DNA of 64,000 bases from a virus, in IMG/VR virus record IMGVR_UViG_3300045988_077137; one strand, given 5' to 3'. Under the pieces are notes generated by a model that saw only the letters and a list, made by a program, of their open reading frames with translations, had not been told where the DNA came from and searched no databases. Positions 52,918 through 62,594 of this stretch are shown here, piece by piece. The translations under genes were made by a program, and so were the position numbers. Position 1 is the first letter of the stretch; every line of letters starts with the position of its first letter.

Positions 52918-55257
52918 TTATCCCTGTTGGTCAATTTCAATTCTTATCGGAGTTTCACCCTCATCACCTGACATCGGTGTAACCTTTGCCCAGTTTTCCG
53001 GTAATGGGTCGAGTGCCCATTTCTTAGAGGCAGAAACAACGATTGTCTGAATACCACCTGTTGCTGGTATCTCAACTGCAGACGGAGTGAATGTCAATTC
53101 GCTGTTACGCTCGAATATAGCCTGAATGTCGAGGTCATGGTCACCAACCCAATATTGAGTCGGGTTCCGAACGTCTTCCGTAGCATCTGTGATAATGTTC
53201 CATTTCTTAAACGTATATCCCTCGCTCGGAGTAGCAGTAAGCGTGATTTCTGTTCTCGGCAAACGGCTTCCCTCAACTGTGGCGGTTCCCCATCCTGGTT
53301 CAACGATTTCAATGTTTACGTCAAGAGGCAAGTTCATCGTAATGTCAAGCGTCTTGTCTTTATCCATTGTTACTTCCCCAGTTTGGGTTATTCCCTTGGC
53401 GGTGATAGTATAGCGGATGACCTCATCCATTGATACTTCAAAACGAACATACCCATTGGCGTCCGTCGATGAAATAAACCCGTTACTCAACTCTACTTGC
53501 GCACCCTGTACAGGCTGTCCGTCCAGTTCTCGTTTAATATTGAACGTCAAGAAGTAGGAAGTTCGTACCACCCAATCCAGCCACGTGTACGACACGACAT
53601 TCTTGTATGATACAAGGTATCGTCTCACGAACTCTTCGATATCGTTCTTGGTTCTTGCTGACTTGATTTGGGCATACATTGCTATCACGTTCTTCTGCCC
53701 CAGATACCCCTGTGAGAACGGGAGGTCGAGCGGTTTAAGAACTATTCCGGCAATGAGAATATCTGCTGAAATTGAATCCCTGTCTTGAACGATATAAGGA
53801 GCCATATACTTCACATCACCAATAAAGCGAAGCGGTCTTCCGTTCTCGAAATTCAAATACAGGCTTTCGTCTTTCTGTTCAAGCACATTATAGATGATAC
53901 CCCTCAATCGGTAGTATATTCCTGGAACCTTACAGGGACTCTGATAACGAGAACCCGTGAAGAAACTGTTTGTCTCCCGCCAGTCGGTGATACGCACCTG
54001 ATTGATAAGGTTGAAATTCGCATCGTAACAGTTCACCCCAAACTCAATGTTTTGATTCCCTAAACTCAATGCCTTCACCCATACAGTCACTTCGTAGTCC
54101 ATTCCGGGATAAACCTCCATCGCCTTACTTTTATCGGCTTCGGTTGATATACCTACTCTTCCTCCACCTGTCGGCTGGAAGACGTACATATTATCAATGA
54201 ATTTTCGTTTCACCGCACCAAGTATAGGATAATCCTTCAATGGTCCAACTCCGATAGTGTACGATTCCGAAAACTCAGCCGGAACGTCCTCCCCTGTATA
54301 GATTTGCCACGGATAAACCGTATAAATCTCATTCGTCTCGGGAGCACCTGTACGCTTCATTTGAAGTTCGTCCTGGTCAAACTGTATCAGGTCGCTGAAT
54401 GTATCTCCGGCATAGTCGGGTCCATAGTCCCAACCCTTTGAAACGGCATTCACGGTTTCCGTACCATACCAAGTAGGGGAACTCCATCCTAAACACCAAC
54501 CCACGTTCTGTGGGGATAACACTCCGAAGATGAACTCATTCGGCTTTTCGTAGCCTACCAACCGTCTCAACTCGCCCTCTATCGTTCCACCCGTTTCTAC
54601 GACTTGATATGTTCCTCTCTTGTAGAATTCTTGAATCCAATTATTGAACAGGTAACGACGCTGGTCAAGTGTATCAATATTTTCATACACCAACCCCCAT
54701 CCTTCGATGAATTCCTTCATGAGCAAATCGCTGTTCTCCAACTGACGATAATTTCGTGCATAGATTACAACAAATGCAAAATAGTGGGTCATCGTGAGGA
54801 AGAATGTATTATAGTCGTCTTGGTTGTTACGACTCACATACATTGGGACTATTCCAGGCTCAAATAGCTTCTCTAAGACATTTACCGCCCACGTCAGAAC
54901 CTGTGGGTCGTTGCTGTCAAAGAACGTCTTAAAAATCGTTTTATCGTAAATGGTAGTTGATAGTGGGTCAGCGTATGGGTCAATAAAGGCTCGCGTCTTG
55001 ACATACGGCTTCGTCACGTAGTCAAGAACCAAATCACAACTGTCAGTGAGCCGACCCAGTTCACTGAAAGTTTCTTTCGTCAAAGTTATCCACTCGGTGT
55101 ACGTTTCACCCCCATCCCTTGAATAGCGGAACAGGCTCTGCTGGTCAGAACGTGCTGCCCTCAGAACCGTTACCAATCCCGCAGGTGGAATCATTTGGGT
55201 ATGAACCGTAAACCCCTGTCCAACTCGAGGAAATTCTTTAAACTTTATTGTCGCCAT
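52918..55257 (-). CDS. tail fibre or baseplate-distal protein with a C-terminal BACON-like domain
   Basis: 779 aa. The C-terminal modules include SEGYTFKKW (Listeria/Bacteroides repeat type) and LTFTPSAVEIPATGGIQTIVVSASKKW...ETPIRIEIDQ (BACON-like). Confidence 0.55.
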   Translation of the reverse strand: MATIKFKEFPRVGQGFTVHTQMIPPAGLVTVLRAARSDQQSLFRYSRDGGETYTEWITLTKETFSELGRLTDSCDLVLDYVTKPYVKTRAFIDPYADPLSTTIYDKTIFKTFFDSNDPQVLTWAVNVLEKLFEPGIVPMYVSRNNQDDYNTFFLTMTHYFAFVVIYARNYRQLENSDLLMKEFIEGWGLVYENIDTLDQRRYLFNNWIQEFYKRGTYQVVETGGTIEGELRRLVGYEKPNEFIFGVLSPQNVGWCLGWSSPTWYGTETVNAVSKGWDYGPDYAGDTFSDLIQFDQDELQMKRTGAPETNEIYTVYPWQIYTGEDVPAEFSESYTIGVGPLKDYPILGAVKRKFIDNMYVFQPTGGGRVGISTEADKSKAMEVYPGMDYEVTVWVKALSLGNQNIEFGVNCYDANFNLINQVRITDWRETNSFFTGSRYQSPCKVPGIYYRLRGIIYNVLEQKDESLYLNFENGRPLRFIGDVKYMAPYIVQDRDSISADILIAGIVLKPLDLPFSQGYLGQKNVIAMYAQIKSARTKNDIEEFVRRYLVSYKNVVSYTWLDWVVRTSYFLTFNIKRELDGQPVQGAQVELSNGFISSTDANGYVRFEVSMDEVIRYTITAKGITQTGEVTMDKDKTLDITMNLPLDVNIEIVEPGWGTATVEGSRLPRTEITLTATPSEGYTFKKWNIITDATEDVRNPTQYWVGDHDLDIQAIFERNSELTFTPSAVEIPATGGIQTIVVSASKKWALDPLPENWAKVTPMSGDEGETPIRIEIDQQG

Positions 55258-55259
55258 CG

Positions 55260-55730
55260 TTACTTCTTAAATTTTCTTATCAGCCAAAAGATTCCTCCAC
55301 CAACAGTGGCTATCCCTGCGTAGAAGAATATCTTTTCCCACCACCGTAACGGCATACGTTTCGGAACCTCAACTTTCTTCTCAACCTCAACAGGATACGG
55401 AGCGGGAACTTCCTTGATAACTTCCCTATCCTTATACACTACTTTGACCGGAATACTGTCTTGCTTGTTTTCAATATCATGCTCGAGCAAACCCGATTCC
55501 CCATGATATGTTGCGGTTGAACGAGCGTATTTCGTTTCAACCGTGCTTGTCGTGTCAGGTGTGATTACTTTCACATACTCCTTCTCGAGTTGTACCTGTA
55601 CGACTGTGTCCCGCACTGTTTCCGTTACTGTAACAGTCTTCTCCACGGGAATATAAATCTTTCGGCTGCACGCAGCAACCAAAAGAACTATTCCCACCAG
55701 CATAAAAGCCACTTTCGAAATCTTTTTCAT
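55260..55730 (-). CDS. lipoprotein with a C-terminal TM helix (unimolecular-spanin-like architecture)
   Basis: Signal peptide plus lipobox LLVAAC, and a C-terminal TM segment IFFYAGIATVGGGIFWLI followed by RKFKK. Confidence 0.4.
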   Translation of the reverse strand: MKKISKVAFMLVGIVLLVAACSRKIYIPVEKTVTVTETVRDTVVQVQLEKEYVKVITPDTTSTVETKYARSTATYHGESGLLEHDIENKQDSIPVKVVYKDREVIKEVPAPYPVEVEKKVEVPKRMPLRWWEKIFFYAGIATVGGGIFWLIRKFKK

Positions 55731-55737
55731 ATCTTAA

Positions 55738-56196
55738 TTATTCAATGGTTATCCAAACATTCCCCCCAGCCTTAATCGCTTCACGGACAAGTTTCTTGAC
55801 CCTGTTAGTGACGTTGAACTGGTTCCTCAGTTGTTCCCTTCCAGGAACCCTGTCGCCTGTCAAAATGCATCCTTCGGTATGTCCGGGATTGGCTCCTGCG
55901 TGAATAAGTATCCCCAAGAAGTGAGGCACGTCTTCAAGAGCAGGATATTCTTTTCCGAATTTCGGAGAATACCAATAGATAACTTTATAACGTCCTGGAG
56001 GAATACAGGTTTCTCCATATACCTTTTCCGGACACTTGCACGACTTCCCTTTTGGGGTGTAGGGACAGGTCTCAGGAAGTTTCCTTTGGGTGTCCTCAAG
56101 CGTATCAGCAATTCTCAACCCGTTGACACTCATGACCCCCATGGTTGCCGTCGAGGAAAACTCCTGTCTTTTCAATTTTATTTCCAAATCTTCCAT
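55738..56196 (-). CDS. DUF5675-like protein
   Basis: The pattern YGETCIPPGRYKV......F....P.LEDVP.F.GILIHAGANPGHTEGCILTG matches my recollection of DUF5675. Function unknown. Confidence 0.45.
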   Translation of the reverse strand: MEDLEIKLKRQEFSSTATMGVMSVNGLRIADTLEDTQRKLPETCPYTPKGKSCKCPEKVYGETCIPPGRYKVIYWYSPKFGKEYPALEDVPHFLGILIHAGANPGHTEGCILTGDRVPGREQLRNQFNVTNRVKKLVREAIKAGGNVWITIE

Positions 56197-56254
56197 ATCG
56201 TTCCTTATTTAATATTCACCGTAAAAATACTGCATTTTATCTCTTGAAACAACT

Positions 56255-57427
56255 CTAATTTGCGGGATAGAACACCGGAGAGAACTCTTTCGACTCGTCA
56301 AACATCACGTTTCCTTCCAAGTCCCTCATGATGAATTTCTTAATCCTCGGAAGCATGAAATCTGACACAGGCTCATCAACTGACGGCTTGAACCACTCTG
56401 ACGCAACGTAGCGGACTCCCTCTGTATTTTTTACGATTTCCAACAGGTTATCCCACTCAACACGCTGTCCTGGCTCCCAGAAACGGAAGTCAAGATACTT
56501 CGTCATTCCTACCTGTATATTCTTTCGAACGGTTGCCGTATCGTAGCCAGCCTCCAATTCGCAACGGAAATCAACACCGTCTTCCCCTCCAACTTCATAC
56601 CACGTAGCGTTCTCCAACTTGATACCCATCAACTTCCCGGAAACTATCATGTCTCCAATTCCAAAATAGGGAGTCGCTTTTTCAAGCAATGTCTTCAACT
56701 CTGCGTAGGAAAGTTCTTGACCGTTCTGTGTCGCCAACTGTATGTGAATGAACGAGTCTTCCATGATTCCTACAAACATAATCTTGAGAATTCTGTTATC
56801 GAAATTCTGGAAGATTTGAGTCAGTTTCTCAATCGTCGCTGTGGCATACACGTTCTGGTGGTTCAGGATACGTCTCCGGAACATTTCATCGCTCTCCTTG
56901 TCACGACCGCCAATAGCATAGTATTCATTCGTGCATTCGTAGTGTCCCTGCGGAATAGGGTTCACGGTCGTAATACTGTTCGCATCAACATTCGTAAACA
57001 GTCCTATTGCCTCGCTTCGCACCTTTACATAACCATACCCCGACTCGCCAACTGTAAGAGAGTTTTCGATGGCGAAACGAACACCATTTGTACTCACAAA
57101 GGTATTCACTCCAGCCGTGTACGTTGTTCCTGGCTCAGCATATACTCTGATGTACGTAGAAGAACCCAATGCTCCGTAACGAGCCGTCACTCCAAACAGT
57201 GAGGCTGCTCTATCTAAGTAATCACCAGCAGCCGTTTCTGGAAAGATTTGAGCCTCTACGATAGCCACGTCCTTGATTGCCTTTTGCGCAACCTTTGCCG
57301 TCGCATATGCGGCAGCGTTCAAAACGGAATTGTCGGTGATATCTGATACTTTATCCGTTTTGTTCAAAAATGTCTCGACCCAAAGATTTTTCAGGAATGA
57401 GATTGTGTTATTTACTTTCGTTATCAT
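56255..57427 (-). CDS. baseplate J (gp6/gpJ)-like protein
   Basis: A.GDYLDRAASLFGVTR, a central beta region and GGRDKESDEMFRRRI are typical of the Baseplate_J family. Confidence 0.75.
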   Translation of the reverse strand: MITKVNNTISFLKNLWVETFLNKTDKVSDITDNSVLNAAAYATAKVAQKAIKDVAIVEAQIFPETAAGDYLDRAASLFGVTARYGALGSSTYIRVYAEPGTTYTAGVNTFVSTNGVRFAIENSLTVGESGYGYVKVRSEAIGLFTNVDANSITTVNPIPQGHYECTNEYYAIGGRDKESDEMFRRRILNHQNVYATATIEKLTQIFQNFDNRILKIMFVGIMEDSFIHIQLATQNGQELSYAELKTLLEKATPYFGIGDMIVSGKLMGIKLENATWYEVGGEDGVDFRCELEAGYDTATVRKNIQVGMTKYLDFRFWEPGQRVEWDNLLEIVKNTEGVRYVASEWFKPSVDEPVSDFMLPRIKKFIMRDLEGNVMFDESKEFSPVFYPAN

Positions 57428-58344
57428 ATCTGAATATTTGTTACAAGGAAATTATTCGTGACTGTCTTCGCCTGTATCTTCATAAAGATTGCGTCTTCTT
57501 TACGGTACAGGTCAAGAAGATTTACCTCAACCCAACGAGCGTCCCTTTGGAACATATTGACAAGATGCTTAAACAGGGACGGATACTGTATAGCGTTCAC
57601 CGAACTACCGATTGCCTCGTTAGGAAGCCCATAATCCGGGAACTCCGGAATTGAACCTTTCAACGAATTGATGATAGTGTCAAGTGCCTGTCCTATCGCT
57701 GCCTCGTATTCAAGTGTCGCCAAGTCATCATTTTCGAACCGAAAGTTCTTACCAATGTCCTTTCCGAGTATCTTCTCAGAATCAAGATTATCAACGATGT
57801 TAGGAATGTTGAAATTTCCCGTAGTACGAATGTTGATTTTGAACATCCCTCCACCCTTGTTAGCATCGTAGTCCTCTTCCTCTACCAAGTTGTTTCTTGC
57901 GATATCGACCCAATCATCCTGAGGATTGTTCGAACCTAACTGTGACGATACATTCTCAAACGTCTCACGAGTCTTGAGAACCCTCTGAAGTGCAACGTTC
58001 ATACCGTACCGCCCAATGATAGCCGAGCGCAACCATCGTGATGAATTGTCTATCGTCCACAACTTCGTTTGACACTCCGTGAACATATCAAGCAACTCCC
58101 ATGAATCTATCCTCGCCAAGCCTGTTGCCTTGAGCGTGAACAGGGGTTCAATCTCTCGTGACTGTTTTAACAGCGTATCAAGCCGTCCGAATGAATCCCC
58201 GATATCAATATCGTCCTGACCTGTATAGTATGAAACTATCAGAGGATAGTAGGAATTCGCGAACAGCGCAAACGACTCAAAGAACGACTGAATGTCGTAC
58301 CCTGTTTGCTTCTTAAAGGTCTCTAATGCGTCTCTCATAACCAT
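57424..58344 (-). CDS. baseplate-associated hypothetical protein
   Basis: 306-aa ORF with 4-nt overlap coupling to baseplate J. Confidence 0.4.
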   Translation of the reverse strand: MVMRDALETFKKQTGYDIQSFFESFALFANSYYPLIVSYYTGQDDIDIGDSFGRLDTLLKQSREIEPLFTLKATGLARIDSWELLDMFTECQTKLWTIDNSSRWLRSAIIGRYGMNVALQRVLKTRETFENVSSQLGSNNPQDDWVDIARNNLVEEEDYDANKGGGMFKINIRTTGNFNIPNIVDNLDSEKILGKDIGKNFRFENDDLATLEYEAAIGQALDTIINSLKGSIPEFPDYGLPNEAIGSSVNAIQYPSLFKHLVNMFQRDARWVEVNLLDLYRKEDAIFMKIQAKTVTNNFLVTNIQI

Positions 58345-59129
58345 CCCTCCAATACTGTTTCAGTTACAGGTTGCAAAGCGTCTGTGACCACTGAAGCGAC
58401 CTCACTCACTCCCGTCTGTATCATCGAAGGAAGTAACTTATCAAGCAACGATTTGTTATTCTTGTTAGATACTGCTTCCAGTGGAGCCAACGCTATCAAC
58501 GTCAGATTATAATTCCAAATCATGTTTTTCGACAAGTCCTGAGAAAACTGTACTCCGCTCGGTGGAATAGCCACAAGATAACTCTCCCCGAGTGCCATAT
58601 TATAGAAGTACAGACGCAACGGCTTGCCCTTGTCGTCAAGACCCACACTCTTACTTGCCATAGCCTGTAATATCTTCATCACACCATAACCCGTCTTGAC
58701 GTTCAGATTAAAGTTCGAAAAAGCGAGTCCCGAAATTGAACCGCTTTTCTTTGTGATGTCGAACAGGTGGTATTTCCCAGCACTCACACTCTTACTTGAA
58801 GAGTTAATGCTCACATCTGGCTTTGGATTTATCAGGATTTTGAATTGACGACCGAAACTTCCCTTAATGTTAATTTCCTGAGGCGAATAAGAAGGAGTCG
58901 ACAATACTGTTACTCCAGCCATTGACTTCTTGATATTCGTTCGAGTAGGTTCAGTCTTTGAGATAGAATCTGGCATAATAGGAAATGTCAGATAATCTAT
59001 CGTATTGTCATCACTATCCGCAAGTTCCAAAGCAACCATGTACCATTCGAAGTCGTTGGGATACAGGCTCGCAAGAGCCTGTCCCCCGATTGACTTCGCC
59101 ATGTTCATAACTGTATCTAATGCAGACAT
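58335..59129 (-). CDS. baseplate or tail hypothetical protein
   Basis: 264-aa ORF in the structural operon. Confidence 0.4.
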   Translation of the reverse strand: MSALDTVMNMAKSIGGQALASLYPNDFEWYMVALELADSDDNTIDYLTFPIMPDSISKTEPTRTNIKKSMAGVTVLSTPSYSPQEINIKGSFGRQFKILINPKPDVSINSSSKSVSAGKYHLFDITKKSGSISGLAFSNFNLNVKTGYGVMKILQAMASKSVGLDDKGKPLRLYFYNMALGESYLVAIPPSGVQFSQDLSKNMIWNYNLTLIALAPLEAVSNKNNKSLLDKLLPSMIQTGVSEVASVVTDALQPVTETVLEGWL

Positions 59130-59162
59130 ATCTTTAAATTTTTCTACAAATATAGTAAATCG

Positions 59163-59384
59163 TTACAATATTTTTCCTGGACCAGTCGTAGCACCTGTCT
59201 GAGCCGCAGCAGTACCAGTGGTCGAAACAGGGATTCCAGCCTGAACCTCTCCCGTCTTAACAAAAGCGTCAATTGCGTCCGCCAACCCGTTCGCAAACTT
59301 ACTATCATCAATCTCGGTTTCCTTTCTCGCATCTGTCATCAATTTCAATATTGATTGTGCGAGTGCTGTCTTATTTAATGGCAT
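59163..59384 (-). CDS. hypothetical small protein
   Basis: 73-aa ORF in the structural operon. Confidence 0.35.
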   Translation of the reverse strand: MPLNKTALAQSILKLMTDARKETEIDDSKFANGLADAIDAFVKTGEVQAGIPVSTTGTAAAQTGATTGPGKIL

Positions 59385-59390
59385 AATCTT

Positions 59391-60431
59391 TTATTTATTA
59401 AAGAATTGTTTCAATAAACTGTTCAATTCAGTCGTCTTCTGGATTGTAGGCGGTAACGGTGTACCACTCGGACCAACAGCCGTTGAAACGGTCAATGTTG
59501 CTATCGCATCCACAATCTTCGTCAACAACTCGTTCAAACCTGTACCACCATTAATAATCGCCATTTTCCCATTGCTGATTTCAATCATCGCTTCTCCTTG
59601 AGAAAGAGTTACTTTCTTGTCCTCAAAACGTAGGGTGCAATCGAATATCGTGGTTTCGGCTTTGCTTCCATTTACCGTGTGTTTGTAATCGGTGTCACCC
59701 ACCTTTGTTTCGGTCACGAACCCTTGCTCCGTTATAGTCGTTTTTGAGAAGTCTTTGTCCTCGTCCTCACCATACGTAGCAAACACACTCATTTCTTCCT
59801 TATTGACGCTTATTCCCGACTCATTTTCGGTGACAGGGTCAATCATCTTTGCAGCAAGTTCCTCAAAAGCCTCTATTTCGGCTTTCTTACTCGCAGTCAC
59901 TTTCACTGTACCCGTTGAGCCAACCTCAAGAAGAGCGTTCTCATCCCCAAGTGCATTTATCTTGAGCGTTCCAAACTGTTGCCCTCTGACGTTGATGAAC
60001 AGGGTTCCTCTCTTCGCACTACCTGTAATGCTCAAAGAACCCTTGTCCCATTCCCGAAGGATGGAAAACTCTTCATCACTTCTCATAGGAATTCTTCCAT
60101 TCGTTGCAACAAACGTACCAACTATCATCGGTTGGTTCATGTACGACTGCGAAATCCACATTACTGGGGTTCCCTTCTCACCAACTTTTCGAGGAAACTG
60201 TATATTCTGAAGAGCCTCGTTTGAAATGAAACACCCATGAATAATATTCCCAGCACTGTCATCAATGATAGATATCTTGTTGGTTCTGAAACAGGTATCA
60301 ACGAACTTATCTCGGTCCACCCCCTCCGGAATCAATACATATCCGAACCCAGTTGTTTGCTGAATTGTTCCCTGTTTGCGTACGGGGGAAACTCCTGGTT
60401 TTCCTACTTTCTTAACTCTAATCTGTGCCAT
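59391..60431 (-). CDS. baseplate hub or spike-like protein (tentative)
   Basis: 346 aa and beta-rich, positioned between the hub-sized protein and the baseplate wedge genes. Confidence 0.35.
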   Translation of the reverse strand: MAQIRVKKVGKPGVSPVRKQGTIQQTTGFGYVLIPEGVDRDKFVDTCFRTNKISIIDDSAGNIIHGCFISNEALQNIQFPRKVGEKGTPVMWISQSYMNQPMIVGTFVATNGRIPMRSDEEFSILREWDKGSLSITGSAKRGTLFINVRGQQFGTLKINALGDENALLEVGSTGTVKVTASKKAEIEAFEELAAKMIDPVTENESGISVNKEEMSVFATYGEDEDKDFSKTTITEQGFVTETKVGDTDYKHTVNGSKAETTIFDCTLRFEDKKVTLSQGEAMIEISNGKMAIINGGTGLNELLTKIVDAIATLTVSTAVGPSGTPLPPTIQKTTELNSLLKQFFNK

Positions 60432-62586
60432 CTTTAAACATTTCTCTTTTTAAGAAGAAATCAAAAACTTCTTTATTTACGCCAAATTTTGTTGCAGAAG
60501 GGACAATTTCGTCTTCATTCTTATGCTTTGGGTCACGTTTCTGAATGTCGGCTCGTATTCCGTCTACATCCACAATGTTGAAATAATTGTTAGAAGCATT
60601 TGTAATATACTCAACCAACATTCCTCTTTCAACTGTCAGCACCGTAACACGGTCAATCGCATCATTTGTGAAAGTTACAGTATTATTTACTGCTGTAACA
60701 TAGAACAACTCCTGGGTGGATTCTAAGATGATGAACGTCCCCACTTTGATACGTCTATCCCCATTCAGCGTTATCGTTCCCTTTCGAGTAAACGGAAGAT
60801 AACAAGTTGTCTCGACAACGTATAGTAAATCATTCTGCAATGCCTGAGTCATAGTATTTTCGTTCCTAATACCCTCTTTCCCTCGTAATGACATTTCAGA
60901 TAAATAAATATCATTTGTAATACACCGCTTATTTCCGAAGCGTTCCACGTATTCATTCAGAAAGATAATAGGAACGAAAACCAAGGACGAAAATTCTAAA
61001 CTTCCTGTCAAAGAATTTTGAGGCATTAAACGATACCATCCATATGCACGGCTATCATACTCCAAAGAGAATGATAACAAATCTTTTGGTTCAATTCCAA
61101 TATATTCTTTTGAAGAAATTACTGACTGAATTGCGGTTTTCGTAAATGGAGGCTGTCGAATGACCATATCGAATTCATTTCCCCATGTATCCCCCCAAAA
61201 TTCAACAAAAGGTTGCTGGCAAATTTTGTTGAAAAAATCAAGCAAAGTTCCTTCTGGATTTGCCAATGAACGGTCAACAATACATCTATCAGAAATTTGC
61301 CCATCAATTAGTATCTGAATCATTTTCCAAATACCTTTTGCATCCTGCCTCTTTGAACAGTGAGAAAACAAACTATCTGGGACAATCCCAATATTGGATA
61401 AATGGTCTAAAATGAAAGAAGAAAAAGTTTCTATTCTTTGAAATTCAAACGCAAAATAATAATCAAAATTTCCTGTTACCATGTTACGCTTGAACCACGA
61501 CGAAGATGGGTCTCCGCCATAAAACCATTGGTCTTTACTTCCTTCAACATATTTCAAAGGAATAAAATAGGAACCATCTTCAATAAGTAACTTCATCAAA
61601 TCTCTTCCTGAAATATTCACTGAATAATCTGTATCATTAGAATCAGCATTTGTTGAAACTGTATCTATTAGTCCCATCATATCCCAAATCAACTTATCAT
61701 TCAATTCAGAAGGCTCAATGATATGTGTGCTTGACTGCTGAATTCCTTGGTCTTCGTATTTTTCTTTCTTCAGTTTCTCAAACCGTATAAAAACCACATC
61801 ATTATTTTGGATAAACTTCGAAAACCAATCACGATTGATACTCCCTCGTTTATCAGTGATGTTGAAATGATTAGCGAAATCATCCCCAAATGTTTGTATT
61901 GTCAGCGTATCAGTAGGAACCAACTCGAAAGAGAATGCCCCCATCTGAAAGTCCTTTTGAGTCGAACAGGTTCTTATCCATGAACTAATATCGTATATCT
62001 TACCAAAAGCGTGAGAATACACCCACACTTTGATATTCAATGCCTTCATCTGAACGTGATACTCCTTATTCTCATCACCTGAACCCAACGCTGCCGCACG
62101 CTTCCGTGCCACATACGAGTCGTTGATAGGCTTCGAACTACTTGATTCCCCATTGTTCGTAGGTGAGTCCCAAGGAACATATTCGGGGTCGGACAAGAGT
62201 TCTTTCTGTTTAGATGACCAAAAGGTGCTAAAATTCCCATTTTGTTTTAAAAAGACATCTGAAGAAAGAAGAATTTGAAGTTCAGTAGAAATTTGGTCAT
62301 TAGGCATGACAAATTTTGTCCCGACAGTTATCACAGGGGGATTCCCCTGTGATATTTCCTTTTTGTACTTATTCTTCATCAACTCTGTATAGTTTTCAAC
62401 TATTGCTTCAGCATTCGTTTGCTGCCCATCAGAAAACTTTAAAAAATCCTCCGTAGAATAATCAAAGCATAACTTTTGTCTTTTTAAATCGTCAAGAAAA
62501 TCTTGTATAGTCGCAGGCTCGCGACTATCTCCAATCCCTTTAAACCAATCTGTGGAATATGGTGGAATTTCCTTTTTATTTTCCAT
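60418..62586 (-). CDS. large tail or baseplate hub protein (tentative)
   Basis: 722-aa ORF immediately downstream of the tape-measure-like gene. Confidence 0.4.
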   Translation of the reverse strand: MENKKEIPPYSTDWFKGIGDSREPATIQDFLDDLKRQKLCFDYSTEDFLKFSDGQQTNAEAIVENYTELMKNKYKKEISQGNPPVITVGTKFVMPNDQISTELQILLSSDVFLKQNGNFSTFWSSKQKELLSDPEYVPWDSPTNNGESSSSKPINDSYVARKRAAALGSGDENKEYHVQMKALNIKVWVYSHAFGKIYDISSWIRTCSTQKDFQMGAFSFELVPTDTLTIQTFGDDFANHFNITDKRGSINRDWFSKFIQNNDVVFIRFEKLKKEKYEDQGIQQSSTHIIEPSELNDKLIWDMMGLIDTVSTNADSNDTDYSVNISGRDLMKLLIEDGSYFIPLKYVEGSKDQWFYGGDPSSSWFKRNMVTGNFDYYFAFEFQRIETFSSFILDHLSNIGIVPDSLFSHCSKRQDAKGIWKMIQILIDGQISDRCIVDRSLANPEGTLLDFFNKICQQPFVEFWGDTWGNEFDMVIRQPPFTKTAIQSVISSKEYIGIEPKDLLSFSLEYDSRAYGWYRLMPQNSLTGSLEFSSLVFVPIIFLNEYVERFGNKRCITNDIYLSEMSLRGKEGIRNENTMTQALQNDLLYVVETTCYLPFTRKGTITLNGDRRIKVGTFIILESTQELFYVTAVNNTVTFTNDAIDRVTVLTVERGMLVEYITNASNNYFNIVDVDGIRADIQKRDPKHKNEDEIVPSATKFGVNKEVFDFFLKREMFKDGTD

Positions 62587-62594
62587 AACCTGTT

